64,000 nt of DNA from Torpedo marmorata (lineage: Eukaryota), in assembly GCA_977017645.1 (NCBI GenBank), contig OZ360220.1:107198001-107262000 (forward strand). Reading direction: 5' to 3'. Position numbers and translations under genes: made by a program. Below the pieces are notes generated by a model. It did not search any database. It was not told the origin of the DNA and saw only the letters and a program-made list of their open reading frames with translations. Below are positions 34,928 to 45,985 of the stretch, in pieces. Numbering within the stretch: position 1 is the stretch's first letter; the number at the start of each line of letters is the position of its first letter.

Positions 34928-35645
34928 CAGAAATACAGAGGCTACACTGCAAGGTGCAAACCACTAGTTAGCCAGAGAAAGGATGGCCAGACTCTGTATT
35001 TCTTTTCATGAAGTCTTCTGCGGACAATAGTCATTGACATATCCACACCTGCCTCCTGAAGAGTGTTTCTGATCTGTCGGACATACGTTTGGGGATTTTT
35101 CTTCATTATGATGAGAATTCTTCTGTCATCAGCAGTGGAGGTCTTCCTTGGAATACCAGTCCCTTTGCGATTACTGAGCTCACCAGTATGCTCTTTCTTC
35201 TTAATGATGTTCCAAACTGTTGATTTTGGTAATCCTAAGGTTTGGGCGATGTCCCTTACTGTTTTATTCTTGTTTTTAGCCTCATAATGGCTCCTTTGAC
35301 TTTCATTGGCACAACTCTGGTCCTCATGTTGAAAAATGGCAACTACGGACTCCAAAGGTGATCAAAAGTTCAGAACCAAGCCTCGCTCTTATACCTGCAC
35401 CAATGAAGCAATTAAACATACCTGAGTACTCTCAAACACCTGTGAAGTCAAATGTCCCAAACATTGTGCTGCCCTGAAATGAGTGGCCTATGTATAAAAA
35501 GTGCTATAAATAACCTTGAATAAAATCTGGAATATGCACTTTAATTACATGTGAATTGTTTAATTACAAATGTAAAACTGTGGAGCACAGGGGCAAATAA
35601 AGGAAAAAAAATGTGTCTGTGTCCCAAACATTATGGAAGGCACTG
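34928..35645 (-). mobile_element. Tc1 transposon 5' fragment (TIR plus paired-like HTH)
   Basis: ORF 34942-35355 (VRDIAQTLGLPKSTVWNIIKK...GIPRKTS...IVRRRLHE); terminus CAGTGCCTTCC with flanking TA. Confidence 0.88.
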
Positions 35646-36077
35646 TATGTACTCTGGCCATAAATCTGAACTTTGTCTTTCAACTTTGGAGAGACTGCAT
35701 CAGGGGTGTGACTGCATCAGGCATGACAGGTACTGATGGCTGCTGATTGATTACCATTTAATTCATTGTTTTATTTGTATTGGTCTGACCTCCAAAACAT
35801 TGGCGGAAACGTCGCTGCAAGAAAATCAGCGTCAGAGTCTGAAAGGACTTGGGAAACCAAGCATTTCCCAGAGAGTGCCTCACAGACAAGCTGACACCAG
35901 CCAACCAGCAGGAGTTGCAAAGTGTCATCAGTGTCTGGAATGCCCTGAAGTTCGCTGTAATTATCACTCGTGAGAAGACTGAGATTTGGTTTATTGACAT
36001 GTGTGAAAGCAGTAGCATTATCTATATTTTCAGAGAGAAATCCTTTCTGGACTTTGCAATTGGAGATTACAATTCCT

Positions 36078-38390
36078 ATGGAAGTACTAGATCAAATTAC
36101 GGAAACTCATTTATTACCGAAAACATTTTTAAATGCTATAATTACAGTTATACCAAAGAAAGATAGAGATGTATTAAAAACGGAATCATATAGACCTATT
36201 TCATTATTAAATGTAGATTATAAAATAATGGCAAAAATTTTAGCAAACAGAATGGCTAAATATTTGCCAGATTTGGTACACCTAGATCAAGCTGGTTTTA
36301 TTAAAAATAGATATTCAAAGGTTAATATAGCTAGATTAATTAGTCTAATTGGTTTGCATAAAAATAAACAAGATTTACCATTAGTTGTAACATTAGATGC
36401 TGAAAAGGCTTTTGATAGATTAGAATGGAATTTTTTATTTAAGGTATTAGAAAAATTTGGTTTTGGAAATACATTTATAAATTGGATTAAAACTATATAT
36501 AAAGAACCATCAGCTAAAGTAATTACAAATGAACAAATATCGCCAAAATTTTCTTTGACACGATCTACGAGACAGGAATGTCCCCTGTCACCAGCTTTAT
36601 TTGTTTTGGCAATAGAACCTTTGGCTGAATTAGTTAGAAAAGATCCTAAAATAGTGGGTATTAAAGTTGGTATGGAAGAACATAAGATTAGTTTGTTTGC
36701 AGATGATGTATTGATATATATGACAAAATCTATTATATCACTTCAACAATTATCTATTATATTAAGAGAATATGGTGAAATATCTGGATATAAAATTAAT
36801 TCAGATAAGAGTGAAATAATGGCTTTATCTCAAGGTGATTATACTAGATGTAAAGAAATAACACAATTTAAATGGGCTAAAGAGGGAATTAAATATTTAG
36901 GGGTTAAGGTTGATACAAAATTGGAAAACTTATATAAATTAAATTATTTACCATTATTTGTGAAAATAAAGAAAGATTTAGAGAATTGGAAAGATTTACC
37001 TATAACTTTAATGGGAAGGGTAAATTGTATGAAAATGAATATTTTTCCAAGAGTTCAGTATCTTTTTCAATCGATTCCTTTTGGAATTCCTCAAAAAATT
37101 TTTAAAGATTTAAATTTTATTATTAGGAAATTTTTGTGGAAAGGAAAGTTAGCAAGAGTAAGTATGGAAAAGTTAACTTGGAATTATGAGTTGGGTGGAT
37201 TGCAACTTCCTAATTTTCAAAATTATTATAAAGCAGCCCAATTAAAATTTGTTAATGAATTTTTTGATTCAAATAAAACTTCTGCTTGGATTAAAATAGA
37301 ATTAAATAATATAGGAGAAAATCTTAAAGAAGAGATTATTTATAAATGGGATTCTAAATTAATATCAGTAAAAAAGAAAAATTCACCGATTATTAAACAT
37401 TTGTTAGAAATATGGGGTAAGTTGGATAAAGAGATAGGTGGAAGAGGATTAATTTCTTCAAATATGCCACTATATCAAAATGGACTTATACCATTTACTG
37501 TTAACAATCAATTATTTAAAATTTGGTTTCAAAAAGGTATTAAGAAGATTAATGATTGTTTTGAAGCTGGAAGATTTATTACGTTTCCAAGAATGAAAGA
37601 TAAATTTAATATATTAGATAATACATTTTTAGCTTATTATCAAATTAAAGCTTTTTTAACCGAGAAATTAGGTCATGCTTTGATTTTACCAAGACAAAAT
37701 GAATTAGAATTATTAGTTACTAATGGAGAAGTCAATAAATTTATTTCTCAAATGTATAAATTGTTTCAGAGGAAAATGCCTAAAATAGGATTGCATAAAT
37801 CAAGATTAAAATGGGAATTAGATTTAAATGTAAATGTAGATGAAAATCATTGGAAAGATTTATGTAAGTTAAGTATGGCAAAAATTATTAATGTTAGATA
37901 TAGATTAGTACAATATAATTTCTTTCATCAATTATATTTAACACCTAAAAAGTTAAAGAAATTTAATCCGACATTATCAGGACTATGTTTCAGATGCAAT
38001 AATGAGGAAGGTTCTTTTGTTCATTCTACATGGTTTTGTCCAAAGATTCAAGATTTTTGGCTGAAAGTTAAAAATTTTTTAGATAAAGTATTTAATATTA
38101 CATTTCCAATGGATCCTATGTTATTTTTATTTGGAGATATTAGAAAATTTAGTATTAAAAAGAAATTAAATATGTTTCAAGTAGAATTTTTACGAATTGC
38201 TTTAGCTGTTTCGAAAAAATGCATTGCTATTACTTGGAAATCTGATTTAGATTTAGGATTAGAAAGATGGCATGCAGAGCTTCGTTCGTGTATACCACTG
38301 GAAAAAATTACTTATAAGTTACGTAATAAATATCATTTCTTTTTTAAAATCTGGAGCCCATATATCAGAGCTGTGGGTTTATGGATTTGA
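36078..38390 (+). CDS. L1 ORF2 RT plus C-terminal CCHC; uninterrupted but lacking the endonuclease
   Basis: YRPISLLN, LDAEKAFD, RQECPLSP (G>E), LFADD, YLG, CFRC...H...C. The ORF-track start at 35970 is flanking DNA upstream of the TSD. Confidence 0.9.
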   Translation: MEVLDQITETHLLPKTFLNAIITVIPKKDRDVLKTESYRPISLLNVDYKIMAKILANRMAKYLPDLVHLDQAGFIKNRYSKVNIARLISLIGLHKNKQDLPLVVTLDAEKAFDRLEWNFLFKVLEKFGFGNTFINWIKTIYKEPSAKVITNEQISPKFSLTRSTRQECPLSPALFVLAIEPLAELVRKDPKIVGIKVGMEEHKISLFADDVLIYMTKSIISLQQLSIILREYGEISGYKINSDKSEIMALSQGDYTRCKEITQFKWAKEGIKYLGVKVDTKLENLYKLNYLPLFVKIKKDLENWKDLPITLMGRVNCMKMNIFPRVQYLFQSIPFGIPQKIFKDLNFIIRKFLWKGKLARVSMEKLTWNYELGGLQLPNFQNYYKAAQLKFVNEFFDSNKTSAWIKIELNNIGENLKEEIIYKWDSKLISVKKKNSPIIKHLLEIWGKLDKEIGGRGLISSNMPLYQNGLIPFTVNNQLFKIWFQKGIKKINDCFEAGRFITFPRMKDKFNILDNTFLAYYQIKAFLTEKLGHALILPRQNELELLVTNGEVNKFISQMYKLFQRKMPKIGLHKSRLKWELDLNVNVDENHWKDLCKLSMAKIINVRYRLVQYNFFHQLYLTPKKLKKFNPTLSGLCFRCNNEEGSFVHSTWFCPKIQDFWLKVKNFLDKVFNITFPMDPMLFLFGDIRKFSIKKKLNMFQVEFLRIALAVSKKCIAITWKSDLDLGLERWHAELRSCIPLEKITYKLRNKYHFFFKIWSPYIRAVGLWI

Positions 38391-38653
38391 AGATCTCTAG
38401 ATATCGGATCTACTGGCATACTTGACCTCCGTAATAGAATTAGTTTATAGATGATATTCCCCTTACACTATCTTTTCCTTTCTTTTTTTTCTATTTCTAT
38501 TTTTATTTTTTTACTTATATTATTAGATTAGTGGGGATGGGGGGTTAGGGAGGGGAGGAAGGTGGAGGGGTGTAAAATGTATCACATGTATTTTGATGAT
38601 CATATATTTTATTTTATGTATTTTGTGATTAAAAGTTTAAATTAAAAAAAAAA
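36078..38653 (+). mobile_element. 5'-truncated L1 (family A) with poly(A) tail
   Basis: 15-bp TSD GAGATTACAATTCCT (36063-36077, 38654-38668); poly(A) at 38644-38653. Confidence 0.95.
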
Positions 38654-38857
38654 GAGATTACAATTCCTTCTAATCTTTGCATGTTAATTCTGATTTCATA
38701 TACACATAGATTCCAAGTTTTGTTATTGATTTTGTTTTCATTTTAAATGCCCCTCTAGATCTGTGTGATTCTTTCAATGAAATTGCATTGAACTTAAGTA
38801 TAAGTAATTTGAGTCACTATGCAATTTGTGGGGTGCGTAAAGGGGTACAGATACTAA

Positions 38858-39477
38858 CATTTAGTGATGTGTGGCATGAATCAAATTCCTGGGTGTCAAT
38901 ATCTCTGAAGGTCTGTCCTGGGGCCTCCATGTCGATGCCATCAAGAAGAAGGCTCGCCAGTGGCTATACTTCTTGAGGAGTTTGAGGAGATTTGGTAAGT
39001 CACCAAAGACTATTGCAAACTTCTACCAGTGTACCTTCCGACTGGTTGCATCACTGTCTGGTATGGAGGTGCCAATGCACAGGATAGGAAGAGGCTACAG
39101 AGAGATGTGAACTCGGCCAGCGCCATCACGGGCATCAGCTTCACTCCATTAAGGACATCTACAAGAGGTGGTGTCTCAAGAAATCCTCAAGGACCCTCAT
39201 CACCCAGGCTATGCCCTTTTCTCACTGCTACCATCAGGAAGGACATACATGAGTGTGAAGACGAATACCCAGTGACACAAAAACAGCTTCTTCCCCTCTG
39301 CCATCAGATTTCTGAATGGACAATGAACCAAAGGCTCTACCTCACTTTCTCTTCTTTTTCCACTAATTTATTTATTTTTTAAATGTGATTTATAATAACA
39401 TTTGCAGCTGTAATGCTGCCACAAAATAAAGTATTTTGTGACATGTTCATGACAATAATTTCTGATTCTGAAATCTG
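38858..39477 (+). mobile_element. Rex1/Babar LINE 3' fragment
   Basis: TGCITVWYG...RKRLQR peptide; ttctgattctga tail. Confidence 0.8.
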
Positions 39478-41792
39478 AGGGTACAGAGACCACCTGTACC
39501 AGTACGTGAGAGCTTTCTTGCAGAGATATTAGTGAGGGGGATGGAATTTAGGCACACTGGGCATCGAACAGCTGCAACTATTCATTACTTGAACATCTGC
39601 TCTAAGAAGTCTGCACATACAGTACCTTGTTATCATCATAGATGATGTAATCTCTTTGCTCAGATGTTCCCCAGAGAGTCCAGGATGACTAGCTTTCACT
39701 CCAGTTGTGTGCATTTTGATGAGGCCAATGTCAGAACCACAGAATGTCACAGGTAGGGATGGAGGTGCTTTGCAGGGCAGGATGGTGGGATGTTTGAAAG
39801 GTGCTACCTTCTCTTTGCTACTTTGGCTTGAATGGTCACCGGAGGGTCAAATACAATCATTCTGCAACAGAGGAAAGGAGAGTGAAGGCAGCAGTGAATG
39901 TCACCTGGGTTCAAAAGGCACAGTTTGGTGCACTGAGAACAGAAATTCAGGTAATGTCCTTATCAACACCCGAGTTACATCGATGGGTTCACACCTTGCA
40001 AATGTGATTTTTTTTTTTTCATCATTGCCACATTTGCAGTTTTGCCATCTCCACACAGCTCTACTCAATATTTTGAGGGATTCTTTTCTCAATTGATTTT
40101 AAATGCACTTAGCATTTTCCATTGTACGTTGATTAAAAGTGAAATATTAACCGCTGTTCATCAGTTGGAATATTTTTTCCAGTGGGAATTTTAAGGAAAT
40201 CCTCTGTAATCAGGAAATATTTAAAATCCTAGTGATGGAGGACCCTGAAATATTACAAGTCCTCATTCAGTACCAAAAAATGTCATGGGGAGAACTTGGC
40301 ATTGGGATGTTTAGCACAGTTTTAAATGAAATTGAAAACATTGTATTTATGAACATTTAAATCATTTAAATTATGTAATTTTTGGGATGTGGGCGACACT
40401 AGCAAGCTTAGCATTTATTTTTCAATGAGAAGGTGGCAGTCAGTTACTCTCTTGAATCACTGTAACCTTTGATCTCTTATAAATGATTGAGTTAATTATT
40501 CTGAAATATTTATACATATATACAGAATAATCACATATATTTTGTATTATTTTTTATGTCCTGTGTATTATATGTGTGGGGGTGCACTATGGTCCAGAGA
40601 AACGCTGTTTCGTCTGATTGCAAGTCAGTCAGATGATGATAAACTTGAACTTGCAGTACTTGTGGGAAAGTTATCTAGTAGTGTCATCAAATAGGGAGTT
40701 CCAGTATCTACATACTGTAGTGATGAGGTTTTCAATGCAGGATGATGCAGACAAATGGTGGTGTGTCCTTGCCCTTCTATCCTCATCTTTCCTGCTGGGT
40801 TTGGTGGGTGCTGTCCGTGTAATCTTGTCAGATAGCTGCAATGCATTTTGCAGATGATGTTGTTGGAGGGATTAAAAACTTTAAGGTGGTGGATGGGCTG
40901 CTTTGTCCTGGATGGTGCTGAGATATTTTAATGTTGCAGCTGCAGACATCCAGGGAAGTGATATTCCTTCACGTTCCTGACTTGTGTCTTGTAGATAGAA
41001 AGTCTTTATTTATCTGCATTGATTTGTTACCAAAAATAGATTTTTTTTCCATACAAAACATTGCATGTTAGGAATTCAAGGAATGAGAATAATCTCTTGG
41101 TAATGTCATTATCTTGAAACTCTTTTTCTTTGAGTTTCAGTTTCACTTCCTAGCCCAAGGGTAAGATTTTCTGCAATATGTCGATTGACTTCATAGCAGC
41201 ACTTTTGCAATTGGAGAAGGTCTGTCCTTGCACCAGGAAGACTTGTTAGAACTTTCAAGTTGGTAATTTATTTAGTATTAAGTGCATTGCATATTTTTAT
41301 TCTGCATGTATTCTGATCTATGAGAGATCTATTTCAGAGTTCAGTGATAGCTTCTCAAGCACCCAGTTTTAGGACTGTATGATCCCACAATCCCTCCAAC
41401 TAGGAAGTGGCGCTTGGACTTCAGCCCATTGAGTTGCTCCATACCCCATAATACTGATTGCTAATAAAATTCTATCAATCTGATCTAAACTGAACAATCG
41501 ATTAAAAATCGGTCACAATTTGAGGAAGTGAATTCCAGCTCACAGCCACTTCGAGTTTGCAGATGTGTTTACTTCATATTTTTCTGAAAGACGTAGCTCT
41601 CAATTTTAGAGTTGTCTCTCACATCTAGCCCCTTCCCAGCAGAAACAGATTCTCTCCTCCAGCTCTATTGGTTCTGCTTAATATCCCGAAAACCTCCCAT
41701 CAGAACAATTTTTCCAAATTCCAGGTAATAGAAATCTGGTTCTTGTAATCTTTCTTCTTGATTTAATCACCAGGAAATCAGGTTCATTTCCT

Positions 41793-43227
41793 GTACTGAA
41801 AATCTGCGCCAACCAACTAGCCGGAGTGTTCACGGACATTTTCAACCTCTCATTGCGGCAGTCAGAGGTTCCCACCTGCTTCAAAAGGGCATCAATCATC
41901 CCGGTACCCAAGAAGAGTAGTGTGAGCTGCCTCAACGACTACCGCCCAGTAGCACTAACTTCTACTGTGATGAAATGCTTTGAGAGGCTGGGCATGGCCA
42001 GAATTAACACGTACCTAAGCAAAGATCTGGACCCACTGCAATTCGCCTATCGTCACAATCACTCCACAGCAGATGCAATATCGCTGGCTCTCCACTCAGC
42101 TCTGGATCACCTCGAAAACAGCAATTCATACATACGGCTGCTCTTTGTCGACTACAGCTCGGCCTTCAATACCATTATTCCCTCAGTGCTGGTCAAGAAG
42201 CTACAAACTCTAGGCCTCTGTACCCCCTCTGCAACTGGATACTTGACTTTCTCATCGGAAGACCACATTCAGTACGAATTGGAAACAACGTCTCCTCCTC
42301 ACTGATTATCAATGCAGGCGCACCCCAAGGATGCGTGCTTAACCCACTGCTCTACTCGTTATACACCCATGACTGCGTGGCCAGACACAATTCCAATGCC
42401 ATCTACAAGTTTGCCAATAACACCACAGTTGTTGGCAGCATAACAAATGGCAATGAGGAAGCAAACAGGAGGGAGATAGATCAGCTCGTTGAATGGTGTA
42501 ATGACAACAACCTTGCGCTCAACATCAGCAAAACCAAGGAGATGATTGTGGACTTCAGGAGGAAGTCAGGGGAACACGATCCAGTCCTCATCGAGGGCTC
42601 AGTAGCGGAGAGGGTCAAGAACTTCAAATTCCTGGGCGTCAACATCTCCGAGGATCTGTCCTGGAGCCTCCACGTTGATGCAATTACAAAGAAGGCTCGT
42701 CAGCGGCTATACTTTGTGAGGTGTCTGAGGAGATTCGATATGTCACCGAAGACTCTCGTAAACTTCTACAGGTGTACTGTGGAGAGCATTCAGGCTGGTT
42801 GCATCACTGCCTGGTATGGAGGCACCAACTCTCAGGACAAGAGTAAACTCCAGAGGGTTGTTGTCACAGGCATTAGGCTTCACTCCATCGAGGACATCTA
42901 CACGAGGCGGTGTCTTAAAAAAGCAGCCTCTATCCTCAAGGACCCCCACCACCCAGGCCATGCCCTCTTCACTCTGCTACCATCGGGGAAAAAGGTACAG
43001 GAGCCTAAAGTCGAGCACTCAACGGCACAAGGACAGCTTCTTCCCCGCTGCCATCAGATTCCTGAATAATCAATGAACCAAAGACACTACCTTGCTTTTC
43101 ATGCACTATTATTTCTATATTTTATAGTAATGTCGTAAGATGGTTATAATATGAATGTTTGCACTATGATGCTGCCTCAAAACACCGAATTTCATGACTT
43201 GTTAATGACAATAAATTCTGATTCTGT
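41793..43227 (+). mobile_element. Rex1/Babar LINE RT (frameshifted)
   Basis: ORFs 41826-42305 ([21 protein letters not shown]) and 42335-43069 ([11 protein letters not shown], degenerate FANN); aataaattctgattctg tail. Confidence 0.92.
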
Positions 43228-43494
43228 AAATCTATAATGTAATCCCCCCCACCCCCAATATATGCCTCTTACCACTGGGTATGGAAGGTTTAGAAGGATA
43301 TAGGCCAAGCGTAGGAAATAGGACGATCTGAGATAGGCAATTTTGGCTGAAGGGCCTGTTTCAATGTTGTATCTCTGTGTAGCCAGTTTGTGTGGATTGA
43401 AACCCACCTATTATTTTCTTTGATAATCTCACTTCTAGATGTAGTTTCTCTTTAACCACACAGGTAACATGTGGATCAATCTTGCAGTATTATT

Positions 43495-43975
43495 ATTATT
43501 TTTTAATATTTTATTTAAAATTTTAAATCACAAAATACATAAGATAAAATATAAAATTGTCAAACTACATGTGATACATTTTCATCCTCCGACCCCTTCT
43601 AATCTAATAAAGATAAAAAGAAAGAAAGAAAGAAAAAGATAGTATTAGGAGAATGTCAATCTAAAAAATACATCAATAACTAATTTTATTATGGAGGATA
43701 GGTTCGCCAGTCAGATCCAATGTCCAGAGATCTTCAAATCCTTCATATAAGGGCTCCATATTTTCAAAAAGAAATGATATTTATTACGTAAATTATAAGT
43801 AATTTTTTCAAGTGGTATACATGAACAAAGTTCTGCATGCCATCTCTCTAACCCTAAATCTACATCAGATTTCCATGTAATAGCAATGCATTTCTTAGAA
43901 ACAGCTAAAGCAATTCGCAAAGATTCTATTGATACATATTTAATTTCATCTTAATACTAACTTTTTTAATATTAT
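43495..43975 (-). mobile_element. L1 family A 3' fragment
   Basis: ORF 43711-43920 is nearly identical to the ORF2 C-terminus at 38200-38390. Confidence 0.88.
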
Positions 43976-44146
43976 TGACAGGAGAAAGTCTTTACTATAA
44001 AACTTTGAATACCCCATTAGTCTGGCTATCGTAGAACCAGTTCCAACCTCATTTTGCTGACATGCTCTTTGTTGAAATCTCTGCTCCATTGCCTATTTAC
44101 ACAATAATTACCGTTGGTTAATTGTCCCAGCACGATGTTTGTAATA

Positions 44147-44689
44147 AGAAGTAAAACACGAAAGTCTGCAGACACCGTGGTTGAAGTAAAAACACATTGC
44201 TGGAGAAACTCAGCAGGTCAAACGGTGTCTTTTATATAGCAAAGGTAAAAATACATAACCGACGTTTCAGGCTTGAGACCTTCATCAAGGTATGGAAAAA
44301 TGTCGGCAGGCGTCCGAATAAAAGGGTAAGGGGGAGGAGTGGTCGCAGAGGCAGGAGATAATAGGTGGAGAAGGGAGGGAGGGCACAGCAGCAAGCAAGG
44401 GGAGGAGGGATGGCCTCCCTCCCTCCCTTCTCCACCTATTATCTCCTGCCTTTGCGACCACTCCTCCCCCTTATCATCCCTCGTCCCCTTGCTTGCTGTT
44501 GTGCCCTCCCTCCCTTCTCCATCTACTACCTCCTGCCTTTGTGACCCCTTACCCTTTTATTCAGACGCCTGCCGACATTTTTCCATACCTTGAAGGGCTC
44601 AAGCCCGAAACGTCGGTTATGTATTTCTACCTTTGCTATATAAAGGACACTGTTTGACCTGCTGAGTTTCTCCAGCATTGTGTTTTTAT
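44147..44689. mobile_element. Fold-back element made of two inverted Penelope terminal repeats
   Basis: The arms are reverse complements; 13-bp TSD GATGTTTGTAATA (44134-44146, 44690-44702). Confidence 0.85.
44259..44293 (-). ncRNA. Minimal hammerhead ribozyme-like motif (Penelope type)
   Basis: Minus strand reads auacc-UUGAUGA-aggucucaagccu-GAAA-CGUC-ggu: core, stem II, palindromic ACGU stem III and GUC site; C3 is replaced by U. Confidence 0.6.
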
Positions 44690-45516
44690 GATGTTTGTAA
44701 TACGTTTGTATATTATTTATGTGATATGTTACTTTCCTTTATTGTCATGTGATAAATACACACAATTTGTCAACTTTTGCTTGCCATAAAGGCACATATA
44801 AAGATGCCATTGGTCTCACCCAGGTGCTCTTTTATATTTTCCCCTTTTTATATATGTAATTTCACCTTTTTACATTAGTCTTGATAAAGGGCCCAAATCC
44901 AAAATGTTGACTAACCATTTCTACCCATGGATGCTGTCTCACCTGCTGAGTTCCTCCACCAAATCTTTGTCTGCTCAAGATTCCGGCATCTGCAGCTTTT
45001 GTGTCTCACAAAGTATGTAATACCCGTTCTATTTACCCATACTGATTTGGGTCACATCTTTTATGTGTCTGCTTCAGGACTTTTCCAAACATTGCCTGAT
45101 TAGCCATTGACAATAGCACAAATTTGCAATAAAAGGTGCCTTTTTCAAGCGAGTCAGAAGACATTTGGCTTTCCTTATTCTCAATTAGTGCCTTTTTTTT
45201 TCGGAGAATACATTTTGGAAAAATAGCAATTGAAATTTCAGCTACCTAATTTGAACTAATCTGCAGGTAAAGTCTATGATTAGTCTGGAGACAGAGTCCC
45301 TTGGTGTATGAGACCCCCAAAAGAAATTACTGTTAACAAATGCAAAGTGAGTTCATACAAAAACATATTGTCAAAGCTGACATAAATTCTGGTTTTTCTT
45401 TCAGTATTTTCGGAATTATGGAATATGTAACAGGTGTATGTGTGCATCTCAGTGTCAGTAATTGTTATGTCACACATATTTTTGTTAAAGAAAAATATTT
45501 TCCAAAGCAAAATTTA

Positions 45517-45985
45517 GCGGCAACAGTGCAGCAGTTAGTACTGAAACACGAAAGTCTGCAGACACTGTGATTGTAGTAAAAACACAGAATTGTTGGAGGA
45601 ACTCAGCCGATCTTGCAGCGGCCATGGGAAGTAAAAATATATACGGTAACTGAAGTTTTGGGCCTGAGCCCTTCTTCAAGTTATGGACAAAGCAGGCAGC
45701 GTCTGAAGGTATGGAAAAAGCAGGTAGCATCTACTCCAGAGGCACTGGTTTGATTCTGTCCTAGGGTGCCATCTGTGCGGAGTTTCCTCCTTCCAAAATC
45801 ATGTGGGATTCCCCTGGGTGGCTCCAGTTAATCCCGCATCCCAAAGGTGTGCTGCGAGGTGAATTGGCTGTTCTTGGTTACCTCTTGGTGGAGTTTAATG
45901 ACAGAATGCATTGAAGGGAGTTTATGGGCATGAGAGAGAGGGAAAGAGTTTCAGAGAGTGTAGGGGGATGGGGTGGGATGCAGTA
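45517..45985 (+). mobile_element. Decayed V-SINE-like element interrupted by a Penelope-terminus fragment (~45542-45720)
   Basis: A-box-like start, ggtttgattc B-box and ctgtgcggagttt...gtgggattccc V-domain. Confidence 0.55.

Noticed and set aside
35970-36077. N-terminal 36 aa of the 806-aa L1 ORF
   Set aside because: It lies upstream of or within the TSD, so it is chance open flanking DNA.
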